Of a stretch of DNA of 64,000 nucleotides, positions 21,307 to 31,288 are shown piece by piece. Source of the stretch: Pseudomonadota bacterium. Lineage in GTDB: Bacteria; Pseudomonadota; Gammaproteobacteria; Pseudomonadales; JADFDG01. Location: NCBI GenBank assembly GCA_049324495.1, contig JBMOOP010000110.1:26027-90026 (forward strand), given 5' to 3'. Position numbers and translations under genes: made by a program. Each line of letters starts with the position of its first letter. Within the stretch, counting starts at the first letter, position 1. A model generated the notes under the pieces. That model did no database searches and was not told where the DNA came from. It worked only from the letters and a program-made list of their open reading frames with translations.

Positions 21307-21783
21307 ATGAGCCAGATGATCCCGCGCGCCCCCGTTTCGAAAACACCCGTCCCGCAGGCCGAAGTGCCAAGCCTGATGGTGCCGCAACAGGGGCGCCCGT
21401 TGCTGGTACCGAATATCGCAGTGGCGGAAATCGTGCCGTTCAGTGCGCCATTGCCGGAAGTCGGCAAACCGCAGTGGTTTCTCGGCCACATCATGTGGCG
21501 TGGCGAGAAGGTGCCGGTGATATCTGTAGTGCAGTTGCGCGGCGAAGAGGAGGACATTCCGTCCGAAGCGCGAATCGCGGTATTCAACGGGCTGGGGGGC
21601 GCGCTGCGGTTCTATGGCGTAATCACCCACGGAATTCCGCGACTGGTGCGTGTGCGTGAACAGGACATCGAGAGTACCGACGGCATGTACACGTCGGTCG
21701 ATGATGCTTTTGTTGCTGTTGGTGGGGAACTTGCGGTCATTCCCAACCTCATTCAGATCGAGACGATGATTGCCGGCGTGTGA
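21307..21783 (+). CDS. chpC: CheW-like protein ChpC
   Basis: LLVPNIAVAEIVPFSAP..., GEKVPVISVVQLRGEE; follows chpB. Confidence 0.87.
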   Translation: MSQMIPRAPVSKTPVPQAEVPSLMVPQQGRPLLVPNIAVAEIVPFSAPLPEVGKPQWFLGHIMWRGEKVPVISVVQLRGEEEDIPSEARIAVFNGLGGALRFYGVITHGIPRLVRVREQDIESTDGMYTSVDDAFVAVGGELAVIPNLIQIETMIAGV

Positions 21784-21795
21784 GTCTGCCAGACC

Positions 21796-22851
21796 ATGAC
21801 AGGTTCAATAAATCATGTGCAGCTCGCGGCATTGCGCGCGGAAAGGCGGCAGCATGGCGAAAACTGGTTTCGCAACAATTACAACAGGGATCGTCGCGGT
21901 GTTGCCGACTTCATACGCTGGATGCGCGACAAGCGTGGCTTGTGGCCAGCGCCAAAACGGTTTCCTGTTGACCGTCCGGACAGCAACTGGCTCGCCGTCA
22001 ATCGCAGCGACAGCACGCTGACATGGATTGGGCATGTCACCTTTCTTTTTCAGCATCGTGGCCTGAACGTACTCACTGATCCGGTATTCAGTGAACGCGC
22101 CTCACCGCTGTCCTTCGTCGGACCAAAACGCTATACGCCGCCGGCGATGCATGTCGATCATCTGCCGCCGATTGATATCGTTCTGATTTCACACAATCAC
22201 TACGACCATCTTGATCGCGATGCGGTGCGCCACATCGCCAGGCGCAACGAGGGCCGCACGCGTTTCCTTGTGCCGCTGAGGCTCGCCGGCTGGTTTCGGC
22301 GCGAAGGGATCGACAATGTTGTTGAGCTGGATTGGTGGGATGAAACGCTTCCGCTGGGCGAAAAACCAGGAAGTGTCGGGCGCAACAAGGTATATGCCTG
22401 GTTTGTACCGGCACAACATTTCAGTGGTCGCGGTGTGAATGACCGCAATGCGACGTTGTGGGGTGGTTGGGTACTGGAGATCGACGGGTTCCGCCTGTAT
22501 TTCGCCGGTGATACCGGTTACGGGAAAGATTTTGCCGATATCGGCGCGGTATTTGGCGGTTTCGATTTATCCCTGATTCCGATTGGCGCCTATGAGCCGC
22601 AGTGGTTGATGGGTTCCGTGCATGTGAATCCTGAAGATGCTGTGCGTATCCATCGCGACGTAAAATCGAAACATTCGATTGGCATGCATTGGGGCACGTT
22701 TATTCTTACCGACGAACCGGTTGACGAGCCACCACGCCGTCTTGCACGTGCGCGCAGCGATCAGGGCCTCGCCGACGGTGACTTCGTTGTGATGCGGCAC
22801 GGTGAAGTGCGGCGCTGGTCGCCCGGCTGCGTGCCTGGCTACAATCTGTAG
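21796..22851 (+). CDS. MBL-fold metallo-hydrolase (NAPE-PLD/RomA-like)
   Basis: TWIGHVTFLFQHRGLNVLTDPVFSERASPLSFVGPKRYTPPAM and SHNHYDHLD. Confidence 0.9.
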   Translation: MTGSINHVQLAALRAERRQHGENWFRNNYNRDRRGVADFIRWMRDKRGLWPAPKRFPVDRPDSNWLAVNRSDSTLTWIGHVTFLFQHRGLNVLTDPVFSERASPLSFVGPKRYTPPAMHVDHLPPIDIVLISHNHYDHLDRDAVRHIARRNEGRTRFLVPLRLAGWFRREGIDNVVELDWWDETLPLGEKPGSVGRNKVYAWFVPAQHFSGRGVNDRNATLWGGWVLEIDGFRLYFAGDTGYGKDFADIGAVFGGFDLSLIPIGAYEPQWLMGSVHVNPEDAVRIHRDVKSKHSIGMHWGTFILTDEPVDEPPRRLARARSDQGLADGDFVVMRHGEVRRWSPGCVPGYNL

Positions 22852-22889
22852 CTGTAGCGCGCTAATCAGGCAGCAGAGGGAAAGACGCC

Positions 22890-23435
22890 ATGAACATGAC
22901 CAACACCGACAAGCGTTGGGGGCTCATCGCCCAGAGTTTTCACTGGCTGATGTTCTTGTTGATCATCGGCTCCTGGTTTGCAGTTGACGCGCGTGAAGGT
23001 TTCCCGAAGGGCAGCCCGGAACGTGACGCCTGGATGCTGCTGCACAAATCGTTGGGACTTAGCATATTTTTCCTGGTGTGGTTGCGCATCGGGGTGCGGT
23101 TCACGCAAGTAACGCCGGCCGATATTGGCGCGGTTTGGCAGCAGAAAGCAGCGAAGCTGATTCACTTTTGTCTCTATACTGCGATGATCGCCATGCCGAT
23201 TACCGGCATGCTTGCCAGTCAGTTCTTCGGCAAGCCAGTCGGTTGGTTTGGTGTATTCGAGTTGCCGATGTTGGTCGGCGAAAATAAGGATCTTGGCGAA
23301 GTCTTGGAGGAAGTGCATGAGGCCGGCTTTATCGCGCTGCTTGTGCTGCTCGCAGCACACTTTGGCGCTGCGCTTCACCATCACTTCATACTCAAGGACG
23401 ACGTGCTGAAGCGTATGTTGCCGTGGGGTAAATGA
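22890..23435 (+). CDS. Cytochrome b561
   Basis: FHWLMFLLIIGSWFAVD, LHKSLGLSIFFLVWLRIGVRF and HFGAALHHHFILKDDVLKRMLPW; multiple TMs. Confidence 0.9.
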   Translation: MNMTNTDKRWGLIAQSFHWLMFLLIIGSWFAVDAREGFPKGSPERDAWMLLHKSLGLSIFFLVWLRIGVRFTQVTPADIGAVWQQKAAKLIHFCLYTAMIAMPITGMLASQFFGKPVGWFGVFELPMLVGENKDLGEVLEEVHEAGFIALLVLLAAHFGAALHHHFILKDDVLKRMLPWGK

Positions 23436-23448
23436 CGCGGCAGGTTCC

Positions 23449-24177
23449 TTAGCCAGAATCACCGTAACGCGCCTGCAGCACAGCGAGTGCCGCCACTGGC
23501 GCGGTTTCCGTGCGCAGCACGCGCGGGCCGAGGGTGAAGGTGATGAAGCCCTTGCCCTGCGCAGCAGCAATTTCTTCCGGCGTCAGCCCACCTTCCGGCC
23601 CGATCAGCAAGGCGCTGCTTCGGCATTTTTCCGGCAGTGCTGATTTGCCATTGCCGGGATGCAGCACCAGTTTCAGTTGCGCCTCGACCTTCGCAATCCA
23701 TTTCACGAGATCTACCGGTGGATGAACTTCCGGTACGCGCACGCGCCCCGATTGTTCGCAGGCTGCGGCCGCGACCATCTGCAGGTGCTCGCGTTTTTTC
23801 TCAAAGCGATCGCCATCAAGCTTCACGTCGCAACGGCTACTGGAAAGCAGGGTAATTTCAGTAACGCCCAGTTCTGCGGCTTTTTGCACCGCGTACTCCA
23901 TGCGGTCGCCCTTGCTCATCACCTGGCCCAGATGCGTGAGCAACGGCGACTCTGTCGCAGGCTCGCGACGCGCCATGATCCGGACAATGGCCTCGCGCTT
24001 GCCGGCACTGATGATTTGCGCAGTGTACTCGCTACCGTTGCCGTTGAAGATGCAGAAGGCATCCCCTGGCGCCATGCGCAGCACGCGTACCAGGTGTTGC
24101 TGGTTGCGTTCGCCGAGGACAATTTCGGCGTCTGTGGCGAGTTCCTGTTGCTCAAAAATGCGCGTGGCCATGCTCAA
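23449..24177 (-). CDS. rsmE: 16S rRNA (uracil(1498)-N(3))-methyltransferase
   Basis: LIGPEGGLTPEE and TLGPRVLRTETAPVAALAVLQ. Confidence 0.95.
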   Translation of the reverse strand: MSMATRIFEQQELATDAEIVLGERNQQHLVRVLRMAPGDAFCIFNGNGSEYTAQIISAGKREAIVRIMARREPATESPLLTHLGQVMSKGDRMEYAVQKAAELGVTEITLLSSSRCDVKLDGDRFEKKREHLQMVAAAACEQSGRVRVPEVHPPVDLVKWIAKVEAQLKLVLHPGNGKSALPEKCRSSALLIGPEGGLTPEEIAAAQGKGFITFTLGPRVLRTETAPVAALAVLQARYGDSG

Positions 24178-24186
24178 TCTCCCGGC

Positions 24187-25539
24187 TCAATCACGGGTCG
24201 CTATATCGATGCTCTCGGCTGCGATCTGTGCCAACAGGTTGATCTGCTCCGGCGTGATCACGTAGGGTGGCATGAAATAAACCACGTTGCCCAGTGGTCT
24301 GAGCAGGGCGCCGCGTTGTAGCGCGTGCTGGTAAACGCGCAAGCCGCGGCGCTCGGTCCAGTCGTACGGCGTTTGCGTGGCCCTGTCCTTCACCAGTTCG
24401 ATGGCGGCGATCATACCGGTCTGGCGCACCTCCGCCACGTGCGGGTGGGCAACAAATGGCGCCAGTGCTACGCCCATGCGGGCAGCGAGCACGCGGTTGT
24501 TTGCCAGCACATCGTCATCCGCAAAGATTTTTAGCGTGGCGAGCGCAGCGGTGCAGGCCAGCGCATTGCCGGTGTAACTGTGCGAATGCAGAAAGGCGCG
24601 CAATGTTGTGTAGTCCGCGTAGAAAGCGTCGTAAACCTTGTCGGTGGTGAGCACAACTGACAGCGGCAGATAGCCGCCGGTCAATCCTTTGGAAAGACAG
24701 AGAAAATCCGGTGTGATGCCGGCCTGCTCGCAGGCGAACAGGGTGCCGGTGCGGCCGAAACCGACGGCAATTTCGTCGGCAATCAAATGGACGTTGTGCT
24801 TATTGCACGCCTCCCGCAGCATCTTCAGGTAGACCGGATGATACATGCGCATGTTGCCGGCGCACTGCACCAATGGCTCAACGATCACCGCGCAGGCATC
24901 TTGCGCATGTTGCGCAAGTGTGGCGTCCATGTGCGCAAACATTTTACGGGTGTGCTGCTCCCATGTTTCGCCGGAAGTGCGATAAAAGCAGTCCGGCGAC
25001 GGCACGGTGATCGCCTGCATCAGCAGCGGGGCATAGGTGTCCTTGTACAGGGCGACATCCCCAACGGCGAGTGCGCCCAGCGTTTCGCCGTGATAGCTGT
25101 TGGACAACGTAATAAATTTTGATTTTCTCGGTTGGCCGACATTCTTCCAGTAGTGAAAGCTCATCTTCAGCGCTACTTCGATGGCGCTGGAGCCGTTGTC
25201 GGCATAAAAGCATTTATTAAGACCCGGCGGCGTCATTGCCACCAATGCTTCCGAGAGCTCAACCACCGGTTCGTGGGTAAAGCCGCCGAGAATCACGTGT
25301 TCCAGCTTGTCGATCTGCGCCTTCAGCGCCGCGTTGATGCGCGGATTGGCGTGGCCGAACAGGTTGACCCACCAACTGGATACCGCGTCGATGTAGCGAT
25401 TGCCGTCGAAATCGTGCAGCCAGACGCCTTCGCCGCGCGCAATCGGAATCAGTGGCAACTGCTCGTGATCCTTCATCTGCGTGCAGGGGTGCCACAGGAC
25501 CGCGAGGTCGCGACGCATCAGGTTGGTGTTGCTGCTCAT
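24187..25539 (-). CDS. bioA: Adenosylmethionine-8-amino-7-oxononanoate aminotransferase
   Basis: LWHPCTQMKDHE, SSWWVNLFGHANPRIN, DEIAVGFGRTGTLFACEQAGITPDFLCLSKGLTGG. Confidence 0.96.
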   Translation of the reverse strand: MSSNTNLMRRDLAVLWHPCTQMKDHEQLPLIPIARGEGVWLHDFDGNRYIDAVSSWWVNLFGHANPRINAALKAQIDKLEHVILGGFTHEPVVELSEALVAMTPPGLNKCFYADNGSSAIEVALKMSFHYWKNVGQPRKSKFITLSNSYHGETLGALAVGDVALYKDTYAPLLMQAITVPSPDCFYRTSGETWEQHTRKMFAHMDATLAQHAQDACAVIVEPLVQCAGNMRMYHPVYLKMLREACNKHNVHLIADEIAVGFGRTGTLFACEQAGITPDFLCLSKGLTGGYLPLSVVLTTDKVYDAFYADYTTLRAFLHSHSYTGNALACTAALATLKIFADDDVLANNRVLAARMGVALAPFVAHPHVAEVRQTGMIAAIELVKDRATQTPYDWTERRGLRVYQHALQRGALLRPLGNVVYFMPPYVITPEQINLLAQIAAESIDIATRD

Positions 25540-25557
25540 GGGTTTTTCAGAGGTTTC

Positions 25558-26412
25558 CTAACCTTCCAGCCCAAGGTTGCGCAAAATCGCCAGCGTCGGT
25601 TCGGACTGGTTCATCGTGTAGAAATGGATGCCCGGTGCGCCGGCCGCAAGCAGGGTTTCGCACAGGCTGGATACCACGTCGATACCGAAAAGTTTCAGCG
25701 ATTCATCGTCGTCCCCATAAGTTTCCAGTTGCTTGCGCAACCAGCGCGGAATTTCTGCGCCGCAACTGTCGGAGAAGCGGAACAGATTCGTTGCGTTGGT
25801 TATCGGCATGATGCCGGGCACGATCGGAATATCGATACCGTCATCCAGTACGCGATCCATGAAATGGAAGTACGCATCCGGGTTGAAGAAATATTGCGTG
25901 ATCGCCGAGTTCGCGCCGGCTTTTGCCTTGGCAACGAAGTGGGTGATATCGGCATCGAGGTTTACCGCCTGCGGGTGCATCTCTGGATAGGCGGCCACTT
26001 CAATGCGGAAGTGATTGCCGTAATGCCGGCGAATAAAGGCAACAAGATCGTGCGCGTATGGCAGCTCGCCACCGGTCGGCCCCATGCCGCTCGGCAAGTC
26101 GCCGCGCAGGGCGACGATCCGCTGCACGCCGTCGGCCTTGTAGCCATCGAGAATCTCTCGCATCTGGGCTTTGGTGTGGCCGACGCAGGACAGGTGCGGT
26201 GCCGTATCGATGCCGCATTCGCGCACCATCTTCACTGTGTTGAAGGTGCGTTCACGCGTTGAACCGCCCGCGCCATAGGTGACCGAAAAAAACTCCGGTT
26301 GTTCGGCGACGAGGCGATCCCGCACCTCGGCCAGCTTGGCGAAGCCGGCCTCGGTCTTCGGCGGGAAGAACTCGAAGCTGATCTGGACTTCCTGCAGTTC
26401 GTCGTCGCTCAT
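25558..26412 (-). CDS. metF: Methylenetetrahydrofolate reductase
   Basis: SFEFFPPKT, SVTYGAGGSTRERT, HLSCVGHTKAQM, ALRGDLP, ITQYFFN. Confidence 0.96.
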   Translation of the reverse strand: MSDDELQEVQISFEFFPPKTEAGFAKLAEVRDRLVAEQPEFFSVTYGAGGSTRERTFNTVKMVRECGIDTAPHLSCVGHTKAQMREILDGYKADGVQRIVALRGDLPSGMGPTGGELPYAHDLVAFIRRHYGNHFRIEVAAYPEMHPQAVNLDADITHFVAKAKAGANSAITQYFFNPDAYFHFMDRVLDDGIDIPIVPGIMPITNATNLFRFSDSCGAEIPRWLRKQLETYGDDDESLKLFGIDVVSSLCETLLAAGAPGIHFYTMNQSEPTLAILRNLGLEG

Positions 26413-26428
26413 TTCCCGGTTCCTGCCA

Positions 26429-27832
26429 TCAATACTTGTAGTGTTCAGGCTTGAACGGGCCGTCCACGCTCACCTTGATGTAGTCGGCCTGCGCCTTTGT
26501 CAGTTTGGTAACGACGCCGCCAAAGCCCCGCACCATTTCCAGCGCCACTTCTTCGTCGAGTTTTTTCGGCAACACTTCCACCTTCAGCATGGCCGATTGC
26601 ACGGCGGCGGAGTGATCGGCGAAACGCTGCTCGTACAGAAACATCTGCGCCAGCACCTGATTGGCAAAGGAACCGTCCATGATGCGCGATGGGTGGCCGG
26701 TGGCATTGCCAAGATTCACCAGGCGACCCTCGGACAGCAAAATCAGATAATCGTCGGATTCCTGGTTGATCTTCGTGCCCGGCGCCGCATCGCGGAATAC
26801 CTTGTGCACTTGCGGTTTCACCTCAAGCCACGTGAAGTGCTCGCGCAGGTATGCGGTGTCGATTTCTGTATCGAAGTGGCCGATGTTGCAGACCACAGCG
26901 CCTTTTTTCAGCGCGCGCAACATGTTGCGGTCACAAACGTGGTGATTGCCGGTTGTGGTGCAGATCAGATCGGTTTCGCTGAGCAGGCACGTGTTGATGC
27001 AGTCCGGCTTGCCGGTGTTTTCGCCGTTGATGTACGGTGACACCACTTCATAACCGTCCATGCAGGCCTGCATGGCGCAGATCGGATCGATCTCGGAGAT
27101 CTTCACGATCATACCTTCCTGACGCAGCGATTGTGCCGAACCCTTGCCCACGTCGCCATAACCGATCACCAGCGCCTTGCGGCCGGCCAGCAGCATGTCG
27201 GTGCCGCGTTTGATCGCATCATTAAGCGAATGACGACAGCCGTACTTGTTGTCGTTCTTGCTCTTGGTGACCGAGTCGTTGACGTTGATCGCCGGGACTT
27301 TCAGCTCGCCCTTCTGCAGCATTTCGATCAGGCGCTTGACGCCGGTGGTGGTCTCTTCGGTGATGCCGTGGATTTTGTCGAGCATCTGCGGGTATTTATC
27401 GTGGATGAGGCCGGTGAGATCGCCGCCGTCATCAAGGATCATGTTCGCATCCCAGGGCTTGCCGTCCTTGAGGATGGTTTGCTCGACGCACCACCAGTAC
27501 TGCTCTTCGGTTTCGCCTTTCCAGGCAAACACGGGCACGCCACGCGCAGCGATGGCGGCAGCGGCATGGTCCTGCGTCGAGAAAATGTTGCACGAACTCC
27601 AGCGCACCTCCGCACCCAGTACCTGTAGCGTTTCGATCAGCACGGCGGTCTGCACCGTCATGTGGATGCAGCCGATGATTTTTGCGCCGGCCAGCGGCTT
27701 CTGCCTGCCGTACTTGGCACGCAGATTCATCAGTGCCGGCATTTCGCGCTCGGCGAGGATGATTTCCTGACGGCCGTACTCGGCCAGAGAAATATCGGCA
27801 ACCTTGTAATCGACTTTAACGGGAGCATTCAT
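26429..27832 (-). CDS. ahcY: Adenosylhomocysteinase
   Basis: [18 protein letters not shown]-type start, [14 protein letters not shown]-terminal [11 protein letters not shown]. Confidence 0.97.
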   Translation of the reverse strand: MNAPVKVDYKVADISLAEYGRQEIILAEREMPALMNLRAKYGRQKPLAGAKIIGCIHMTVQTAVLIETLQVLGAEVRWSSCNIFSTQDHAAAAIAARGVPVFAWKGETEEQYWWCVEQTILKDGKPWDANMILDDGGDLTGLIHDKYPQMLDKIHGITEETTTGVKRLIEMLQKGELKVPAINVNDSVTKSKNDNKYGCRHSLNDAIKRGTDMLLAGRKALVIGYGDVGKGSAQSLRQEGMIVKISEIDPICAMQACMDGYEVVSPYINGENTGKPDCINTCLLSETDLICTTTGNHHVCDRNMLRALKKGAVVCNIGHFDTEIDTAYLREHFTWLEVKPQVHKVFRDAAPGTKINQESDDYLILLSEGRLVNLGNATGHPSRIMDGSFANQVLAQMFLYEQRFADHSAAVQSAMLKVEVLPKKLDEEVALEMVRGFGGVVTKLTKAQADYIKVSVDGPFKPEHYKY

Positions 27833-27868
27833 GAGTTTTGTTCCTGAACAATGAATTCGGTCGGTTGT

Positions 27869-29062
27869 TTATTTCAGGCCGGCAGCGGCGCGCAATTCTT
27901 CGGCCTTGTCGGTTTTTTCCCAGGTAAAGGTATGGTGCGTGTGGCCACCCACCGTCACCGTGCCGGGTGTGCGGCCAAAGTGGCCGTAGGATGCCGTTGG
28001 CTGATAAATTGGGTGCAGCAAATCGAGTTGCCTGGTCAGGCCATAGGGGCGCAGTTCAAATACTTTGCGCACCAGGGCAACCAGTTTGGTATCGGAAATT
28101 TTTCCTGTGCCAAAAGTATTGATCGAAATGGATGTCGGCTCAGCCACGCCGATGGCATACGACACCTGGATTTCACAGCGATCAGCCAGGCCGGCCGCAA
28201 CAATATTTTTTGCCACATAGCGGCCAGCATAGGCCGCGGAGCGATCAACCTTCGATGGATCTTTTCCGGAGAATGCACCGCCGCCGTGACGGGCCATGCC
28301 GCCGTAGGAATCGACGATGATTTTGCGTCCGGTGAGTCCGCAGTCGCCCATCGGCCCGCCGATCTCGAAACGGCCGGTCGGATTGATGTGCACCTTGGTG
28401 TCCTTGTGCATCCATTCTTTCGGAATGACGTGCTTGATGATGAGTTCCATCACGCCTTCATGGATGTCCTTGTCCTGCACGTCGGCAGCATGTTGTGTGG
28501 ACAACACGATGGCTTCCGCCGCGACCGGCTTGCCGTTTTCATAACGGAACGTCACCTGTGATTTCGCATCCGGGCGCAACCACGGCAGCAAGCCGGATTT
28601 TCGCGCTTCGGCCTGACGCTCGACCAGGCGATGCGCGTATTGAATCGGCGCCGGCATCAACACGTCGGTTTCGTTGCTGGCGTAGCCGAACATCAGGCCC
28701 TGGTCGCCGGCGCCCTGGTCTTCCGGTTTTGCCCGGTCAACCCCCTGGTTGATGTCTGGCGACTGTTTGCCGACCAGATTCAGCACGCCGCAGGTACGGC
28801 CGTCGAAGTGCACTGCCGATGAGTCGTAGCCGATGGCAACGATCACATCGCGAACGATTTTTTCGTAATCAATGTTGGCGGTGGTGGTGATCTCGCCGGC
28901 AATGATGGCGACACCGGTTTTCACCAGCGTTTCGCAGGCGACGCGCGCGTACTTGTCCTGCGCAATGATGGCATCGAGGATGGCATCGGAAACCTGGTCG
29001 GCGAGCTTGTCCGGGTGGCCTTCGGAAACGGATTCGGAGGTGAAGACGCTGTATTCGCTCAT
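27869..29062 (-). CDS. metK: S-adenosylmethionine synthetase
   Basis: [43 protein letters not shown]. Confidence 0.98.
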   Translation of the reverse strand: MSEYSVFTSESVSEGHPDKLADQVSDAILDAIIAQDKYARVACETLVKTGVAIIAGEITTTANIDYEKIVRDVIVAIGYDSSAVHFDGRTCGVLNLVGKQSPDINQGVDRAKPEDQGAGDQGLMFGYASNETDVLMPAPIQYAHRLVERQAEARKSGLLPWLRPDAKSQVTFRYENGKPVAAEAIVLSTQHAADVQDKDIHEGVMELIIKHVIPKEWMHKDTKVHINPTGRFEIGGPMGDCGLTGRKIIVDSYGGMARHGGGAFSGKDPSKVDRSAAYAGRYVAKNIVAAGLADRCEIQVSYAIGVAEPTSISINTFGTGKISDTKLVALVRKVFELRPYGLTRQLDLLHPIYQPTASYGHFGRTPGTVTVGGHTHHTFTWEKTDKAEELRAAAGLK

Positions 29063-29086
29063 GGCGTGCTACCTGTTGTTGCCTGG

Positions 29087-30112
29087 TCAGTGATGGGAAA
29101 ACGCATTTGCAAGAGGAACTGAAAAGCTGCGAAACAACACCTGGAAGCCGTTGCGCAGCCCCAGGTAGAAGCTGTTGCCGGCGATGAAGCCGGCGGTGCG
29201 TGCCCAGCCGTCGAGCTCGGCGTCGTCGAAGCCCTGCCACAAATCGCCGCAGTGCGCGCGCACCCAATCCTGTTCGTGGCGGGACAGATCGGTGACCAGC
29301 ATGACGCCGCCGGGTTTGAGCAACTTTGCGGCGTCGCGAAACAGGTCGGCGGGCGAGGGCACATGGTGCAGCACCATGTTGAACACCACGGCGTCAACGG
29401 CGAGGTGGCGGGCCAGTGCCGCTTTTGTATCGCCTGCCACCAGCGTTACATTGGTCAACCCGTCGGTGTCGATGCGCGCCCGGGCCTTCGAGAGCAGCCC
29501 TTCGCTGATGTCGAAGCCCCAGACCTTTGCATAGCGTCCGGCCAGTTCAGCGAGGTATTCGCCGGCGCCGGGGCCGACTTCCAGCACCTCGGCTGTTGGC
29601 GGCAGCTGCGCGGCAAGCAGCAGGTCGCGGGCGCCGTCGGCGTACTGGCGGTACTCGGCGATCAGGTCCTGGCGCTCGCGGAAGTCGTCGGTATGACGGG
29701 CAAAAAAGGCCCGGCAGACCTCGGCACGCTCGGCGCGGATGCGCTCGATGTTGGCGTTCGCTTCGGCGGCATGCGGCAGTGCGTCAAGGGCAGCGAACAG
29801 CGCTTCCTGCACCGGGCCGGCCGGATCGTCGGCCTGCGGCAGGGCGCGGCGGTAAAAGATGGCGTTGCCTTCGCGACGGGCGGTGACCAGTCCGGTCTGG
29901 GCCAGCACCTTGAGATGATGGCTGATGGCCGGCTGCTTCTGGCCGAAGATCTCGCCAAGCTCCAGCACCCCGAACGAGCCCAGGCCCAGCACCTGCAGAA
30001 TCGCCAGCCGCAGCGGGTCGCCGCCGCCTTTCAGCAGGTGGGCGAGATCGGTGAGGGCGGCGTCGGGAGTTGGGTGCTTCTCATCCAGAGTAGCGACGGG
30101 GAGGAGGGCCAT
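29087..30112 (-). CDS. ArsR-family HTH regulator fused to a SAM-dependent methyltransferase domain (SahR-like)
   Basis: N-terminal winged helix (LRLAILQVLGLGSFGVLELGEIFGQKQPAISHHLKVLAQTGLV) plus C-terminal methyltransferase (VLEVGPGAGEYLAELAGRYAKVWGFDIS). Heads the metK-ahcY-metF run. Confidence 0.88.
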   Translation of the reverse strand: MALLPVATLDEKHPTPDAALTDLAHLLKGGGDPLRLAILQVLGLGSFGVLELGEIFGQKQPAISHHLKVLAQTGLVTARREGNAIFYRRALPQADDPAGPVQEALFAALDALPHAAEANANIERIRAERAEVCRAFFARHTDDFRERQDLIAEYRQYADGARDLLLAAQLPPTAEVLEVGPGAGEYLAELAGRYAKVWGFDISEGLLSKARARIDTDGLTNVTLVAGDTKAALARHLAVDAVVFNMVLHHVPSPADLFRDAAKLLKPGGVMLVTDLSRHEQDWVRAHCGDLWQGFDDAELDGWARTAGFIAGNSFYLGLRNGFQVLFRSFSVPLANAFSHH

Positions 30113-30133
30113 AAGCAGGCCAGTCTATGAGCT

Positions 30134-30169
30134 ATATCAAAGGGATTCAATATTGAATCTCTTTGATAT
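30134..30169. promoter_or_regulatory. 36-bp near-perfect palindrome, probable operator for the ArsR-family regulator
   Basis: ATATCAAAGGGATTCAAT|ATTGAATCTCTTTGATAT; the 18-bp arms match with one mismatch. Lies 22-57 bp upstream of the regulator start on the minus strand. Confidence 0.75.
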
Positions 30170-30204
30170 TTGATCGGATTGCGGGCGCTGCAGCGCTCCC
30201 GGTA

Positions 30205-30606
30205 TTACTGGCAACCAGGAAAGCCCGAGACGAGGACGGTGGCCAGGTTGGTGCCCAGGCCCAGTTCGGTCTGATAGGCCGGGAATTGCGTCTGCAGGCC
30301 GCCTGAGACGGTGTTGGCCAGGCGCAGGCGATTGGCGCAATTGGGTTCGGTGCGCAGCGATGACAGGTTCCCGATCAGGCTGCCGGCCATATTGGCGCGT
30401 GAAGTATTGCCGGCGCTGGATGCCTTGCTCTGTTCGACCGACAGCCAGGTCTGCAGGGCGATGATGGTGGTTTGCATCGCTACGCCGGGCGAGGCTGATG
30501 CAGCCGGGGTTCCGCTTGCGGAAGCGTCAGCGAGCCCCATCATGTTGCACCCTGCCAGCAGGGTGGCAACGGCAATCGTGATGGCGGCAATGAAGGAACG
30601 GGTCAT
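30205..30606 (-). CDS. Small predicted lipoprotein, unknown function
   Basis: MTRSFIAAITIAVATLLAGCNMMG lipobox; 133 aa; ribosome-binding-like GGAG upstream. Confidence 0.6.
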   Translation of the reverse strand: MTRSFIAAITIAVATLLAGCNMMGLADASASGTPAASASPGVAMQTTIIALQTWLSVEQSKASSAGNTSRANMAGSLIGNLSSLRTEPNCANRLRLANTVSGGLQTQFPAYQTELGLGTNLATVLVSGFPGCQ

Positions 30607-30906
30607 GGCAGGAGGTCTCCGGCGGCGAGCTTTGAAGAATGCGACGGGGAAGGGCCGCGTGCAGTGCGCAGGGTACCGGAAGTGAGGGTGATTTGCCGAC
30701 TCGGCTGTGGTGCCTTGTGCCTGTGACATTAACTTTACTGCCGGTGCGGGCGAAATCCGGGTCACGCCGGGGTTGGAATTTGGGCACTGTTGCCGGCAGT
30801 CCGGGTCGGCGTCGCAGACGCCGCCGAGCAGTTGGGCGTCGCACCCGGCCTGCTCTACACCTGGCCATGCTTTCCCGACCGGCACAGACACCACCGGCAA
30901 TCTATT

Positions 30907-31116
30907 TCAGATCAATTCCAGACTCTTTTTGCCACCCAGGACAGCATCCGCAGAAATTCGATGATCCATACGAAGCAGCCCATTTTCCGTAATGGGGCAA
31001 GTAACAAAACTCTTTTTTCCCACCCGAGCGAACCACGCATGTGCCTCTTCGTGCTGCACATGTGCAGGATCAACAAGCGCAATCAGGACATTCACATCCA
31101 GTAGGTAAGTGGTCAC
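30907..31116 (-). pseudogene. Truncated PIN-domain (VapC-like) toxin
   Basis: Starts MTTYLLDVNVLIALVDPAHVQHEEAHAWFARVGKKSFVTCPITENGLLR as in VapC-family PIN proteins, then diverges and stops at 69 aa. The rest of the domain is not readable. Confidence 0.75.
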
Positions 31117-31232
31117 GCCTGCTCATCCCGCAACTGATTGATGAGTTCAAGCGTGACAGGTGAACCACTGGTACCCGCCGCCAGCGCAGGCACCCCATTT
31201 CGGACAGGCTTTGCTGACCGGGAACCCATGCT
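31113..31232 (-). pseudogene. C-terminal remnant of the cognate VapB-like antitoxin
   Basis: Readable frame ...SRSAKPVRNGVPALAAGTSGSPVTLELINQLRDEQA* resembles VapB C-termini. Its stop overlaps the vapC GTG (GTGA). No N-terminal DNA-binding half is in frame upstream. Confidence 0.55.
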
Positions 31233-31288
31233 GATGAGCAGAAAACTCCAACCCGGCAGGCGAATGGCCTGACGGGGCGGCGCTGGAC

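Noticed and set aside
26279-27832. Long plus-strand ORFs (26279..27040, 27131..27628) opposite ahcY
   Set aside because: Shadow ORFs; ahcY is unambiguous on the minus strand.
30639-30992. Plus-strand 117-aa and 85-aa ORFs in the VapBC remnant gap
   Set aside because: No motif; low-complexity Arg/Ser/Gly composition expected from random high-GC sequence.
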